A stretch of DNA of 64,000 nt from Nanobdellota archaeon (GCA_021791655.1 JAJYWD010000001.1:32655-96654), one strand, 5' to 3'; shown: positions 10,226 through 20,969, numbered from the stretch's first letter. Program-made: numbers and translations. Notes: generated by a model from the sequence alone, not told the origin.

Positions 10226-11020
10226 ATGGCAATGAATTTCAGCGAGGATTACATAGGGAAGATAAGGCGGTTGTTTGGCCTTAACCTGTACGAGGCTAAG
10301 GTATGGCTTGCTCTACTTTCGCAAGGAAAAGCCACTACGGGAAGGCTTAGTGATATAGCTAACATACCAAAATCCCGTTCTTACGATATACTGGTGTCGC
10401 TCGAAAACGGGGGCTTCATAGTGAGAAATCTAAGTAAGCCCATAAGTTACAGTGCTATACCACCCTCAGAGCTATTGGATAGACTGGAAGAAAAGGCAAA
10501 GGAAGCGGTAGAGGTGCGTTTGGACAAACTAAACAAGCTTCGGGAGAGTGTGGTCATAAAGGATTTACAGAGCTTGTACGAAAAGGGCATAAAATTCACA
10601 AGTGAGGAAAAGGTTGCCACTTCGTATCAGGGTTCTGATGCAGCTTACTTCAGGATAAAGAAAAGCATAAAGGGCGCAAAGGAAGAGGTGATTCTGGTAA
10701 GCACGGGCACCGCTTTGGGTAGGAAAATAAAGGCCCTTGGCAGGACCCTAAGGCAGGCAAAAGAGAGCGGCGTAAATGTCAAAGTATTTGCTCCCGCTTC
10801 CCAATTGAGTGAGGACGTTGTTTCGGAACTAAAGGACATAGGCAAGGTTAACAAGCTAAACATGGAGCTAGGTAGGTTTATACTCGTTGACGGAGACGAA
10901 GCTTTTGTATTCACGGAAAATGATGTAGAAACACATCCAAGCAGTGAAGTCGTGTTGCATCTGAAAAGCAAGTACTTGACAGATAAGCTTAAGAAACTGG
11001 CGACTGCGCACTCTGTTTAA
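10226..11020 (+). CDS. TrmB-family regulator/chromatin protein (TrmBL2-like)
   Basis: FGLNLYEAKVW.ALL...IPKSRSYDIL.SL wHTH plus C-terminal PLD-like domain; GGAGG upstream of ATG 10226. Confidence 0.88.
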   Translation: MAMNFSEDYIGKIRRLFGLNLYEAKVWLALLSQGKATTGRLSDIANIPKSRSYDILVSLENGGFIVRNLSKPISYSAIPPSELLDRLEEKAKEAVEVRLDKLNKLRESVVIKDLQSLYEKGIKFTSEEKVATSYQGSDAAYFRIKKSIKGAKEEVILVSTGTALGRKIKALGRTLRQAKESGVNVKVFAPASQLSEDVVSELKDIGKVNKLNMELGRFILVDGDEAFVFTENDVETHPSSEVVLHLKSKYLTDKLKKLATAHSV

Positions 11021-11532
11021 GGAGTGTTCGCTGCCCTGTACACCGCTCTGAGTTCGCGTATGCGTGTCTTTGCATATCCTCTTATCGGAAAATGCATAAC
11101 GTACGCCTTGGAACCGCTAATACGTTTTTGCCACCCAAATACTGCGTCTTTGCTTCCGCGGAACTTCAGAAATGTAACCTTACCTACGAAACACACGACT
11201 TTAGGTTTTGAGTGTTTTATGGCTGACGTTATTTGTAGTCTTCCTTCCATTTCTTCGCCTCGTCTCAGTTCGGAAACATCCCTGCTCGGCCGGTTTACCA
11301 CGTTCAGCAGGCCGAATCTATACACTCTGCCAAATTTATTATGATACATCTTCCTGAGCCTTTCGTCGTCCCTAACTTCAGATTCGGTCTCTTTTATAAG
11401 GCCACTTCTGCTGAGGAGATACCAGAACATCTTGTTATTGGAGAACGGTACTCCTCTTTTGAATGAGCCATGATGGGGGTTTATACCTATAAAAAGTATT
11501 TTCGGATTTTTAGGGACAAAATACCTTATCAT
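11017..11532 (-). CDS. Mismatch-specific uracil-DNA glycosylase (MUG/TDG, UDG family 2)
   Basis: ILFIGINP motif, PFS..N.FW..L and P.VVCFVGK. Confidence 0.8.
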   Translation of the reverse strand: MIRYFVPKNPKILFIGINPHHGSFKRGVPFSNNKMFWYLLSRSGLIKETESEVRDDERLRKMYHNKFGRVYRFGLLNVVNRPSRDVSELRRGEEMEGRLQITSAIKHSKPKVVCFVGKVTFLKFRGSKDAVFGWQKRISGSKAYVMHFPIRGYAKTRIRELRAVYRAANTP

Positions 11533-11580
11533 AAGCCAAATAAATGTCACCGTATTAAATAATAAGGTAATCTAGTTAAT

Positions 11581-14500
11581 ATGACGTATATCAAGCAGCT
11601 GGAACTCGAGAATTTCAAGTCGTTTGCAGGAAGGACTAAATTTTCCTTCGTAAAGGGGTTCAATGCCATAGCCGGTGCTAACGGTTCTGGAAAGAGCAAC
11701 GTGATAGATGCCTTTCTGTTCGTTTTCGGGGGCCTGTCAAAGAAAGAAATGAGGAGCGAGGTACTCACAGATTTGATATTCAACGGCGGGAAAGCGCAGA
11801 AGCCGGCTGACAGTGCAAAAGTCAGTGTGGTATTCGATAACTCAGATCACTCGTTCGCCAAAATCGCGGAGACCGAGATGGAAATATCGCGTAGAGTAGA
11901 CCAGAACGGTAAGAGCATGTTCAGGGTAAACGGCAGTGCAACAACCCGCGAAGAGGTCTTGAATCTGCTTTCGGATGTTAAGGTGAGACAGGAAAGCTTC
12001 AATGTTATCCCTCAAGGGAAAATTAATGATATAATCGGATCAACCTCCGAAGAGAGGCTTGGGATAATAAACGATATCTCGGGGATAAGTGTATTCGAAG
12101 AGAAAAAGAAAAAAGCACTATCTGAGCTGGAAAAGGTAGAGGGAAATATCTCAAAGATAGAAACCATACAACGCGAGAAGAAGCGGCACATGAACGAGCT
12201 AGAAGAAGAGAAAAAGAAAGCAGAGGAATTCAAGAAGCTTAAGACCGAGAGATACACCGTATTTATGCACCACTTGGTGGCTAGGAAGAAGATAGCCAGC
12301 GAGGCGTTCAATAAAGTTAATGATCAGGTAAAAGAAGCCGAGGAAAAAAATGGCTCGCTATCTTTAGAGAGAGACACGCTAACTAAGACTGCAGAAAGAA
12401 TGAATTTAGACCTGGAAAACATAAACAACGAAGCTGAGGCTAGAGGCGAACAAGAATTGCGTTCCGCAGAGGAAAAGCTAAATCAGGCGGATTTGGAACT
12501 TACAAAGATGCATTCTGTTTTGGATGCCGACAAAAGGAATATAGTAGAGCTAGAAAATTCTATAGCCTCTGCAGATGCGTCTTACAAAGAACTCGCTTCA
12601 CAAATAGCCGATGAAGACGCTAAATTAAAAAACGTATCAAAAAACTTATCAGAGCTGAATGCTCTAAGGGCTGACCTGATAGAAAAATCATTCAAGAGCG
12701 AACAATTCGTTAATGACAGAGGAGATCTAGAACGCAAAATAGCAGACGTAACAGAAAAATCGTCAGAACTAAGAATTGCTCTACTGGAGTACCCGTCTGT
12801 TTCAGAGTTCCACACTAAGCTGATAGAATTAGGCGAGAAAAAGAGACGGCTTGAGTCAGAAAAAAGGGAGCTAACCGTGAAGTTCTCAGAATTGAAGCTA
12901 CTGGTTGACAAGACAAAAGCAGAGGCCAACAGGGAGGACGCTCTGGTATTTAGTCTTAGAGAGAGCGTGATAGCTCAAAGAGGCGTAATTGAGAGCTTCA
13001 GCAGGGCCTCAGAAGTTGTGAAGCGGTTGAAAAGCAGCGTTGCCGGTGTTTATGACGTGGTTTCGTCGCTGTTCACCGTGAAGGACGATAAATACTACGA
13101 TGCAATCTTAAATTCAATTGGTCGACGTTCGGATTTCATAGTGGTAGATTCGGATTTGACAGCAAGAGAGTGCATATCGAAGCTTAAAACAGAAAAGTTG
13201 GGCACATTCACATTTATACCACTTAACAGAATGTCGGTTGTGAACCCGGTAAACAAGCCTGATACTAAGGGTGTGCTAGACAACGTTATAAACCTTGTAA
13301 ATTTCGATGAGAAGTTTAGCGGTGCGATGTCGTTCGTTTTCGGTGACACAATCCTTGTTGATAATTTCGAGACTGCCAGGGGACTACCAAAGAGCTATAG
13401 AGCTGTCACGATGGACGGCACAGTGTTCGAGAAGAGCGGAGTTATATACGGCGGTAATTTCGACAGAGAAGGGCTGGTGACTGCCAGGAAAAAATATGCG
13501 AAACTTCAGGAAGATCTCAACAAACACAATGAGTCCAAGAAAAACTATGCAGACGGACTTATGGCTATGGAGCCTACACTGAGTCATTACCTTTCTCGTC
13601 TTAAGGACCTAGATGCCGATCTTAAAAATGTGGATTTTGAAATGAACACGATTAACACAAAGCTATCCAGAGTTTCCGGTTCCGAAGCCGAAATTTCAGC
13701 ACGTTTGGCTCATATGGAAAAAGATAAGTTAGGCCTTGTGGATAAACTAGAAAGGCTGAAAGCTGAAAACGTCGGCATAGACCTGGATTACAAGAAGCCC
13801 GTAGAAGAGCTTGATTCTAAGATACGTAAGTTGCAAGTGGATCAGGAAATAGCGGAGAGCAAGATAGAACATTCCTTACGGATCGAAGCTGATCGCCTTG
13901 GCGAGCGAATAACAGGGTTAAGGGACCAGAGAGTGGAGTTCGGTAAACATTTCGACTACCTGTCACAAACAATAGCCAAAGCGGACAGCGACTTACGCTA
14001 TCTTAAAGAAGAAGTAACCTCTAAAGCAAGGAATCTTGAAGATATAAGGAAGCGCCGCGACGCGCTTAACAAGGACATTGCAGCCACGGCAAGCGATATA
14101 ACCGCCGTGACCAGCAAATTGCAAATTAGCTCTAATCACCTAAACGAGCTTAAAGTAAAGCAGGCCGAAGCAAAGGTAAAGTTTCAGACAATAGAAGAGG
14201 AGATATCAAAGTACGTGATAAACATAAACGAAGAGGCCGTTACGGAAACGCCAGAGGTTATAAATAAGAGGCTACAACAACTCGATTCTAAAATTTCTTC
14301 CTTTGGCGGAATCAATGAGCTCGCTGTAAGCAAGTTCGATGAACTAATGGTAGAATACACCGAGTTCGACCAAAAACTGGTAAAGCTGGTAGAAGAGAAA
14401 ACGAAGATAAACGGGGCGATAGCAGACATAGAGAAGAAGAAAGTGGAGTCCTTTATGTCTACTCTCTCGAACATAAATGCCATATTTTCTAAGACCTTCA

Positions 14501-14916
14501 ACTCCTTCAGCGGTGGCAATATAGAGTTGGTGCCAGACAAGCCGGAGAGCATTTTCGACGGCGGCTTAGATTTCAAGGTAGAGCTGCCAAACAAAAAAGT
14601 GCACAACATACGCGGACTCAGCGGCGGTGAGAAATCGATTGTAGCGATATCCCTTATACTTTCTATATCACGTTACGTGGAAGTTTCATTTTATCTTTTG
14701 GATGAGGTTGATGCGGCGCTGGACCCTGTAAACGCGTCGAAATTCGCCTCCCTGATTAAAGCATTCTCTCCAGATTCGCAGTTCATTTTGATTTCCCACA
14801 ATGAGACTACTCTTATAAATGCGGACGTTATGTACGGTGTCACAATGACATCCGGCGGCCTTAGCAAGATAGTTAGCGTAAACCTTCCCAAGGAACAGCA
14901 CGCATCTAAGGCGTAG
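11581..14916 (+). CDS. smc: Chromosome segregation protein SMC
   Basis: NFKSF, GANGSGKSN Walker A, coiled coils, hinge (TFIPLN, VTMDG), LSGGEKS and LLDEVDAALD. Confidence 0.96.
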   Translation: MTYIKQLELENFKSFAGRTKFSFVKGFNAIAGANGSGKSNVIDAFLFVFGGLSKKEMRSEVLTDLIFNGGKAQKPADSAKVSVVFDNSDHSFAKIAETEMEISRRVDQNGKSMFRVNGSATTREEVLNLLSDVKVRQESFNVIPQGKINDIIGSTSEERLGIINDISGISVFEEKKKKALSELEKVEGNISKIETIQREKKRHMNELEEEKKKAEEFKKLKTERYTVFMHHLVARKKIASEAFNKVNDQVKEAEEKNGSLSLERDTLTKTAERMNLDLENINNEAEARGEQELRSAEEKLNQADLELTKMHSVLDADKRNIVELENSIASADASYKELASQIADEDAKLKNVSKNLSELNALRADLIEKSFKSEQFVNDRGDLERKIADVTEKSSELRIALLEYPSVSEFHTKLIELGEKKRRLESEKRELTVKFSELKLLVDKTKAEANREDALVFSLRESVIAQRGVIESFSRASEVVKRLKSSVAGVYDVVSSLFTVKDDKYYDAILNSIGRRSDFIVVDSDLTARECISKLKTEKLGTFTFIPLNRMSVVNPVNKPDTKGVLDNVINLVNFDEKFSGAMSFVFGDTILVDNFETARGLPKSYRAVTMDGTVFEKSGVIYGGNFDREGLVTARKKYAKLQEDLNKHNESKKNYADGLMAMEPTLSHYLSRLKDLDADLKNVDFEMNTINTKLSRVSGSEAEISARLAHMEKDKLGLVDKLERLKAENVGIDLDYKKPVEELDSKIRKLQVDQEIAESKIEHSLRIEADRLGERITGLRDQRVEFGKHFDYLSQTIAKADSDLRYLKEEVTSKARNLEDIRKRRDALNKDIAATASDITAVTSKLQISSNHLNELKVKQAEAKVKFQTIEEEISKYVININEEAVTETPEVINKRLQQLDSKISSFGGINELAVSKFDELMVEYTEFDQKLVKLVEEKTKINGAIADIEKKKVESFMSTLSNINAIFSKTFNSFSGGNIELVPDKPESIFDGGLDFKVELPNKKVHNIRGLSGGEKSIVAISLILSISRYVEVSFYLLDEVDAALDPVNASKFASLIKAFSPDSQFILISHNETTLINADVMYGVTMTSGGLSKIVSVNLPKEQHASKA

Positions 14917-14961
14917 GTTTGGACGCCGTGTGCTTTGACGAGGCGAAAAGCTATTCCAGAT

Positions 14962-15762
14962 TTACGGTGCTATTAGCGTATCTATTAGCTTCTGCAACTG
15001 CTCCTTTGATAATTTCTTTACCTGGATGTTCTGCATGTCATTTAATGATTTGGATACATTCCCAAAGCTATTTAGACTCTCGCGTTTGCTGTTTTCGAAC
15101 ATTTCTTCATATGCACGTCTTATTGCGTTCTTTACGGTCATCTCGTCCCTCCTAAGTACCTCTTGTAAAAGATTCGTTTTTATACGCTCGATTTTTACCA
15201 TCTCGCTTGTCACGCGTGGGGACGGATAGAAAGCCTCTTTTTGGACCTCAGTTATTATGCTGAGCCTAAAGAAAGAATTTATAATAAGCGATAAGTTCGT
15301 AGATTTTTCTCCCGTCTTGTCTACCAGCCTTTCGGTTATGGTCTTGGGCATTATAAGTACACCGGATTCGAAATCGTATCTCGTTAGCTTCGCCAATATC
15401 CGGTCAATTATAGGATACGGGGGGTTGGCTATTATTTTGTTGAACGCCGGTATCACTAGTTTCATTATATCCGCGTTTATAAGGTGAACATTAGCGTTAA
15501 GTTCATATTTGTTTATCAGGTATGAGTAGAGCTTTACATCCTTCTCCACCGCGATAACTTTGCACACTTTGCTGACCATCTCTTCTATCGAACCGAACCC
15601 CGCGCCTATGTCGAGCACTGTATCGTTTTGATCGAGTGCAGAATAAGCTATCTCGGTTTCTAGGATCTTCTCATCCACCAGAAAATTTTGCCCCTCGGCC
15701 TCTAGATTAGAAAGATTGTATCCCTTTACCAAAAGAGAGATTTGCGTCTTTAAATCGGGCAT
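14962..15762 (-). CDS. ksgA: 16S rRNA adenine dimethyltransferase KsgA/Dim1
   Basis: GQNFLVD, VLDIGAGFG, ANPPY and FYPSPRV motifs. Confidence 0.92.
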   Translation of the reverse strand: MPDLKTQISLLVKGYNLSNLEAEGQNFLVDEKILETEIAYSALDQNDTVLDIGAGFGSIEEMVSKVCKVIAVEKDVKLYSYLINKYELNANVHLINADIMKLVIPAFNKIIANPPYPIIDRILAKLTRYDFESGVLIMPKTITERLVDKTGEKSTNLSLIINSFFRLSIITEVQKEAFYPSPRVTSEMVKIERIKTNLLQEVLRRDEMTVKNAIRRAYEEMFENSKRESLNSFGNVSKSLNDMQNIQVKKLSKEQLQKLIDTLIAP

Positions 15763-15766
15763 ATAT

Positions 15767-16048
15767 TTAAGCCCTTTTTCTTGCCTTGAACTTTTCCACT
15801 TTGAACTCGGCGTTGCAACTGTTGCAATTCAAGAATATGTACTCCTTGGTCTTGCCGCCCTCTTTGATTTTTTTTGTGTTTAGTTCACCGGCGAGCTCGT
15901 TGTTTTTCGAGCACATGGGACACACAAATACGAACCTGTAAGATGGAGCCCCCTTTAATCTGTATATCAGTAATTTCTCGCTTCTTCCGTTCGTGTTTAG
16001 TACGCTCTTTTTAAAATAACTGCAGTCATTTAGGTTTGGCAGTTCCAT
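15767..16048 (-). CDS. Small zinc-ribbon protein of unknown function
   Basis: CPMC and CNSC pairs; ends 4 nt before the ksgA start. Confidence 0.7.
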   Translation of the reverse strand: MELPNLNDCSYFKKSVLNTNGRSEKLLIYRLKGAPSYRFVFVCPMCSKNNELAGELNTKKIKEGGKTKEYIFLNCNSCNAEFKVEKFKARKRA

Positions 16049-16099
16049 TGTTTATAGTTAAAAATACAGGCTTTTAAATTTTCGCCTGCTCATACATCT

Positions 16100-17209
16100 A
16101 TGGACACAATGGTACATAATCGCGCCGGAAAATTTTTTGCTATAGCCGGTAAGAGTGGTGCGGCAGCTTTAGTACTCGTCAATGGAGAAGCGCCAAATTT
16201 GGACCCTACTTTTTTCTATTTCACTGGACTAAGAAGCGGTCTGTTTGAGGGTTGTTACGCTGTTCTGTTTCCAGACGGAAAAGTAGATCTGGTGGTTTCA
16301 ACATTGGAGGAACAGAGCGCGAGGGAAAGTGGGTTGAATCTCCGCGTGTTTAGGAGTAGCGATGAAAGGGGCAGATTGCTGGATGAAGCGTTGCGCGGTG
16401 TGGGAGTTATAGGCATAAACTCGGCAGGTTTATTGACGAGCGATTACCTCTACCTTCACGAGCGCTTTAAGGACAGGAAGCTTGTTGACCTAAGTAAGTA
16501 CATAGAAACTTGCAGGGGCGTAAAGGACGCGAATGAGATAGAACAATTGAGAAAATCCGCAGACATAGCAAGCAACGCCTTTTACGATATAAGGGGCCTT
16601 ATAAAGGAGGGAAAGAAAGAGACGGAATTGGCCGCCGATATAAATTATCTCCTTCTAAAAGGAGGCGCATCCTCCACGTCTTTCGATACTATCTGTGCGT
16701 TTGGAAAGAACAGTGCAGAGCCGCATTATTCACCTTCCGCCGGAGCTCTAAGGCGCGAGGAGATAGTCCTCTGCGACTACGGCGCCATATACAACAGGTA
16801 CTGCTCCGACATTACGAGGACTTTCGTGTTTAGATCTGACAGCGATAAATACAAAGACATGTACTCTACGGTTTTTGAAGCGCAGAAAGCCGCGTTCGGA
16901 ATGATACGGGTGGGGGCGAAAGGTTCTGACGTGCACAATGCAGCCCTTCGTGTGATAGACGGAAAATACAATGGCAGATTCATCCACGGCTTGGGGCACT
17001 CTATAGGCGTTGCTGTACACGACGGGCTCAGGATGGGCCCCGGTAGCGATTTGGTACTGGAGAAGAACATGGTTCTTACGGTTGAACCCGGCGTTTATAT
17101 CCCCGGATATGGGGGCGTAAGGATAGAAGACGATATCGTGGTCAAAGAGGAAGGATTCGAGTTACTTACAAAGGCACCTAAAGAGTGGGCCGAAATAAAC
17201 ATCCAATAA
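16100..17209 (+). CDS. pepQ: Xaa-Pro aminopeptidase/prolidase (M24B)
   Basis: D.GA.Y..Y.SDITRT, HGLGHSIG..VHD, TVEPGVY and GVRIEDD. Confidence 0.92.
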   Translation: MDTMVHNRAGKFFAIAGKSGAAALVLVNGEAPNLDPTFFYFTGLRSGLFEGCYAVLFPDGKVDLVVSTLEEQSARESGLNLRVFRSSDERGRLLDEALRGVGVIGINSAGLLTSDYLYLHERFKDRKLVDLSKYIETCRGVKDANEIEQLRKSADIASNAFYDIRGLIKEGKKETELAADINYLLLKGGASSTSFDTICAFGKNSAEPHYSPSAGALRREEIVLCDYGAIYNRYCSDITRTFVFRSDSDKYKDMYSTVFEAQKAAFGMIRVGAKGSDVHNAALRVIDGKYNGRFIHGLGHSIGVAVHDGLRMGPGSDLVLEKNMVLTVEPGVYIPGYGGVRIEDDIVVKEEGFELLTKAPKEWAEINIQ

Positions 17210-17217
17210 ACGAACGT

Positions 17218-17448
17218 TCAGTGCTTTTCCTTTTTAGAGGAGAACTTCAGAACTACTTCACCCGATAACTTTATCGGTTCGTGCTTTGCTGACCATCTGA
17301 GCTCTACATTATTCAGGTCCAGCGTCAACTCCTTGTAGCCGCTCAACATTGTCGCTATCAGGTTTTCCGAGAGTTTTCTCATTATTGGTTCCTTTATGTC
17401 CATACCCAATGATGGACGATTCTGATATTTAAGTTTTAAAATACTCAA
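17218..17448 (-). CDS. Hypothetical protein (76 aa)
   Basis: Fills the gap; start overlaps the stop of the upstream gene by 4 nt. Confidence 0.55.
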   Translation of the reverse strand: MSILKLKYQNRPSLGMDIKEPIMRKLSENLIATMLSGYKELTLDLNNVELRWSAKHEPIKLSGEVVLKFSSKKEKH

Positions 17449-18308
17449 GCCACTAAGTCGAACAATGTTTCAAGCTGCGCCCTCCTCATCTCTAATCTCT
17501 CCTTTAGCTCTTTATACTGGGCTTCGCTTATCTTTCCAGATACAAAGTTTCTCTCCAGATCGGACAATTCTTTTTCAACGTCCTTAAGCTTCTGGGTAAG
17601 GTTCTGGCTCGGCCTGCCGCGCAGTGACAGTGTATCCGACAGCTTCTCGTCCACGGCTCTTTTGTTCAGCTTGTTAGAGTATTTTCTAGAGAGTTCACTG
17701 TACATTTCGGTAAGATCGCTTTCAAGCTTTGCGTATGAATCTTTATCCTTGAATCTACAGTCCCCAGCCATAACCACCCTTACATTCGCTGCGGTCTCTG
17801 TCGGGTCATACACGCCTATAATCTTTATCCACACGTAAAGAGGGACTACTTTCTTTACGATCCAGAACAATAAGGCCAAGAAGAGCAGTACTATAGTACC
17901 ATATAGCAAGTATCCGGATGGTGCGTAATTAACCGTAGTAACGCTTTGGTATATAGTGTCTCTGTAAGACGCAAGTAGGACCGCTAGGAGTATCACACCC
18001 AGTATAAGACATATTTTCCACAACGTGGGGAACTTAGAACCCTTTACGTTGTCCTTAGCGGACTTCACGAACGACCTTATCGGCTTCACGTTTCCGCCCC
18101 TGAAGGTTTCCTCGAGTTCGCTGTCATCAAACTTAGTCAATTCGTTCAGCAGGTTCTTGTAGCCAAGGTCCGCCAGCATCTCGGAAAGCTCGTTTCTGAG
18201 TTCCTGCGGGTCGTCGCTTTTTATGTACAAATCGTAGAAGACGTGGTGGTTTTCAAGCTCCTCCGTCCTGAATTCTTTCTCGTATTTCCTTATTACTGGT
18301 CCGAACAT
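17445..18308 (-). CDS. Membrane protein, two TM helices with C-terminal coiled coil/SHOCT-like tail
   Basis: Hydrophobic hairpin in the middle and G.ISE..Y..LK..L tail. Confidence 0.7.
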   Translation of the reverse strand: MFGPVIRKYEKEFRTEELENHHVFYDLYIKSDDPQELRNELSEMLADLGYKNLLNELTKFDDSELEETFRGGNVKPIRSFVKSAKDNVKGSKFPTLWKICLILGVILLAVLLASYRDTIYQSVTTVNYAPSGYLLYGTIVLLFLALLFWIVKKVVPLYVWIKIIGVYDPTETAANVRVVMAGDCRFKDKDSYAKLESDLTEMYSELSRKYSNKLNKRAVDEKLSDTLSLRGRPSQNLTQKLKDVEKELSDLERNFVSGKISEAQYKELKERLEMRRAQLETLFDLVA

Positions 18309-18419
18309 AATAATTAATAGAAATGCGTTACAATAAATACGCTTTTTTCCGCATTTTGCGTCGTTTTTGCCGTAAAATTGACAACTAAAATTTTATAATA
18401 GCCCGCTGCAATAAAATTT

Positions 18420-18902
18420 ATGGACTTTGCGACCGTCGGTTTTTGGGTGCTTTCTGCTCTGCTGATAGGCATGTCGCTGGTGATGGTGCTTGAGAGCAAG
18501 AGGCTTGTCCATTATGTGCTGTTCCTGTTCGTTTTCTTGCTATTGGTAGCGGCGATGCTTATCCTATTAAACGCAGTGTTCTTAAGCATCGCGGAGCTGA
18601 TCGTATACAACGGCGGGATAGTGCTCCTGCTTGCCATAGGCATATCCTTCATGCCGGAGGGGACTGTGAACAAGAGCGATGCTAAGTATCTGGCAGTAAT
18701 ACCTGCCCTTGTGCTTGTTCTTATAACCGTGATACTGTACGGCGCGAGCAACGGCGGCGTAAATACAAGTCTGGACTATGGCAGTCTAGGCGTTTATCTT
18801 TTTACTAATTACGCAGTTTTGCTCGGGCTGCTTGGAGTAACCTCCGTAGCCACCTTGATATCCGCGCTTTACTTCATAAGCGAGGAGGATGTAACAACAT
18901 GA
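18420..18902 (+). CDS. nuoJ: NADH-quinone oxidoreductase subunit J
   Basis: Five TMs, L.A.FL...ELIVY.GGI..L motif; position before nuoK. Confidence 0.85.
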   Translation: MDFATVGFWVLSALLIGMSLVMVLESKRLVHYVLFLFVFLLLVAAMLILLNAVFLSIAELIVYNGGIVLLLAIGISFMPEGTVNKSDAKYLAVIPALVLVLITVILYGASNGGVNTSLDYGSLGVYLFTNYAVLLGLLGVTSVATLISALYFISEEDVTT

Positions 18903-19201
18903 TCTCTTATCAAAATTTAACCATAGTGACGTCCATCCTCTTTGCAGTGGCGGTTTATGGGATTTTGTCAAGAAGGAATGGTGTTACGTTCATAATATCT
19001 GCGGAGATAGCGCTTAACGCAGCCATTTTAAACTTCGTAGGCGGGTCCGATGAATTCAGCAGCTTGGGTGGCGCAAGTTACGCGCTAATGATACTTGTTA
19101 TAGCGGTAATAGAGACCGTTGTAATAATAAGCATGCTTATAACTTATTACAAGAGGACTGGCTCCATATCTTTTTCTAGTCTAAAAGATCTAAAAGGTTG
19201 A
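18899..19201 (+). CDS. nuoK: NADH-quinone oxidoreductase subunit K
   Basis: G.L.RRN...I..EI.LNA motif, three TMs, C-terminal LKG. Confidence 0.9.
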   Translation: MISYQNLTIVTSILFAVAVYGILSRRNGVTFIISAEIALNAAILNFVGGSDEFSSLGGASYALMILVIAVIETVVIISMLITYYKRTGSISFSSLKDLKG

Positions 19202-19208
19202 CCGGTTT

Positions 19209-20969
19209 ATGCTACAGCTTATCCTAATCCTCATTCCAATGTTGGCCTCGCTTGTGCTAGTAGCTTTGATAGACGATAAGACGATAAGGAGCGGTTACAT
19301 AGCCGTGGCGGGGGCTTTAGCGTCGTTAATCTTCTCGCTTTATTACTTTTCCGTTTTAGGGGGCGGTACCGCGGTTGCCGTTTACAGCTGGTTCTATATA
19401 GGAAGTTTCAATTTCCAGGTCTCTACCCTTTCAAGCTACGTAAGTGTGTTTGCAACTATCATAGTGTCATTCATTTCACTGATGGTAATAATTTTCTCTC
19501 TCTTCTACATGAAGAAAGAGCCGCAGAAAAGGTATTACGCAGAAATGTCACTCTTCGTGTTTTCGATGCTGGGGCTGGTTATCTCGGACAGCCTGCTTCT
19601 TCTTTACGTTTTCTGGGAACTGGTGGGTATTTCGTCGTTTTTGCTTATAGGTTTTTATTATGAGAGGGAGAAGGCTGCGGCTGCTGCGAACAAGGCACTT
19701 ATAATGACGAGAATTGGTGACATGGCTCTGTTCGCTGCGATAGTAATCCTGTTCGTTAATTACGGCACGTTGTCCCTTACATTCATACTCTCGAACCTGC
19801 AGCTTCTATCGAGCGGCATGCTTTTGCTCGTGGCGTCACTGGTTACTATAGCGGCTATATCAAAATCTGCACAATTTCCCTTTTACCCCTGGCTACCGGA
19901 TGCGATGGAGGGTCCAACTACCGTTAGTGCGTTGCTTCATTCTGCCACTATGGTGGCCGCCGGTGCCTATATCCTTATTCTACTCTCTCCACTTCTATCG
20001 TCGGCCGGCATGGGGACCGTGATTTCAGTCATCGCGATCATAACCGCGTTCATAGGTGCGTTCCTAGCTTTACACGTTGTGGACATGAAGAGGATACTTG
20101 CATACTCAACAATAGAAAGCTTGTCTTTCATGTTCCTCGCTATAGGCTCTCTTAATGCGGGCGGCGCTCTTTATTATCTTATAACCCACGCGATTTTCAA
20201 GTCGTTGCTTTTCCTAATAACGGGTGCACTCATGGTATTTTTCGGCACTCAAGACATTCGTAAGTTGGGGACAAAAGGGCTGCAGAATAGCTGGCTGTTC
20301 CTACCCTTCCTCGCAGGTATACTGTCACTGGCAGGATTTCCCCCCTTTATGGGATTCTTCGCACACCTGACGCTCTCTCACGCCTTTGGTGTATATGGAC
20401 AAGCGCTGTTTGTCGTCCTGTCCTTCCTTACATCGCTTTTCGCCTTTCGTCTGCTTTTCACCGTTTTCAGAAGTGGCGCGCTACCCTCCAAAAAGATGTA
20501 TTACACGCTGAGTTCAGCCTTGCCGATATTTTTACTCGCTGCTATCACACTATTTGGCGGCATATCTCTGTTTTACATGTACGGTCTTATAAACGCCAGT
20601 TACTCGCTCGATGTCTCCACACTTATAGATTTGATTGCTAGTTTCGTGGGCGTACTGTCGGCATTTTGGCTGTTTGGCAGCGTAAATAGGAATTATTGGG
20701 TATCGCGACTGAGTTCGTTCGCCGATAGCCTAAGTTCGTTCAGTTACAATGTTATTTTGCAGTTGATAGGCGCGTCTGTAGTCTATCTTGGCCGTTCGTT
20801 CGCCGATTTTGACGATGCCCTAACGTCCTTTTACGAGAGCGTGGCAAAGTACTCTCTGATTCTGTCGTTCAAATCTAGGAGGATCGAAGACGGTGATGTC
20901 CAGACGTACATAAGTGTTATGCTCATCGGTCTGATAATAGTGCTGGCCGTTGCCGTGGTGTTCTTATGA
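19209..20969 (+). CDS. nuoL: NADH-quinone oxidoreductase subunit L
   Basis: WELVG.SSFLLIGF, KSAQFP..WLPDAMEGPT.VSALLHSATMV.AG and THA.FKSLLFL. Confidence 0.92.
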   Translation: MLQLILILIPMLASLVLVALIDDKTIRSGYIAVAGALASLIFSLYYFSVLGGGTAVAVYSWFYIGSFNFQVSTLSSYVSVFATIIVSFISLMVIIFSLFYMKKEPQKRYYAEMSLFVFSMLGLVISDSLLLLYVFWELVGISSFLLIGFYYEREKAAAAANKALIMTRIGDMALFAAIVILFVNYGTLSLTFILSNLQLLSSGMLLLVASLVTIAAISKSAQFPFYPWLPDAMEGPTTVSALLHSATMVAAGAYILILLSPLLSSAGMGTVISVIAIITAFIGAFLALHVVDMKRILAYSTIESLSFMFLAIGSLNAGGALYYLITHAIFKSLLFLITGALMVFFGTQDIRKLGTKGLQNSWLFLPFLAGILSLAGFPPFMGFFAHLTLSHAFGVYGQALFVVLSFLTSLFAFRLLFTVFRSGALPSKKMYYTLSSALPIFLLAAITLFGGISLFYMYGLINASYSLDVSTLIDLIASFVGVLSAFWLFGSVNRNYWVSRLSSFADSLSSFSYNVILQLIGASVVYLGRSFADFDDALTSFYESVAKYSLILSFKSRRIEDGDVQTYISVMLIGLIIVLAVAVVFL

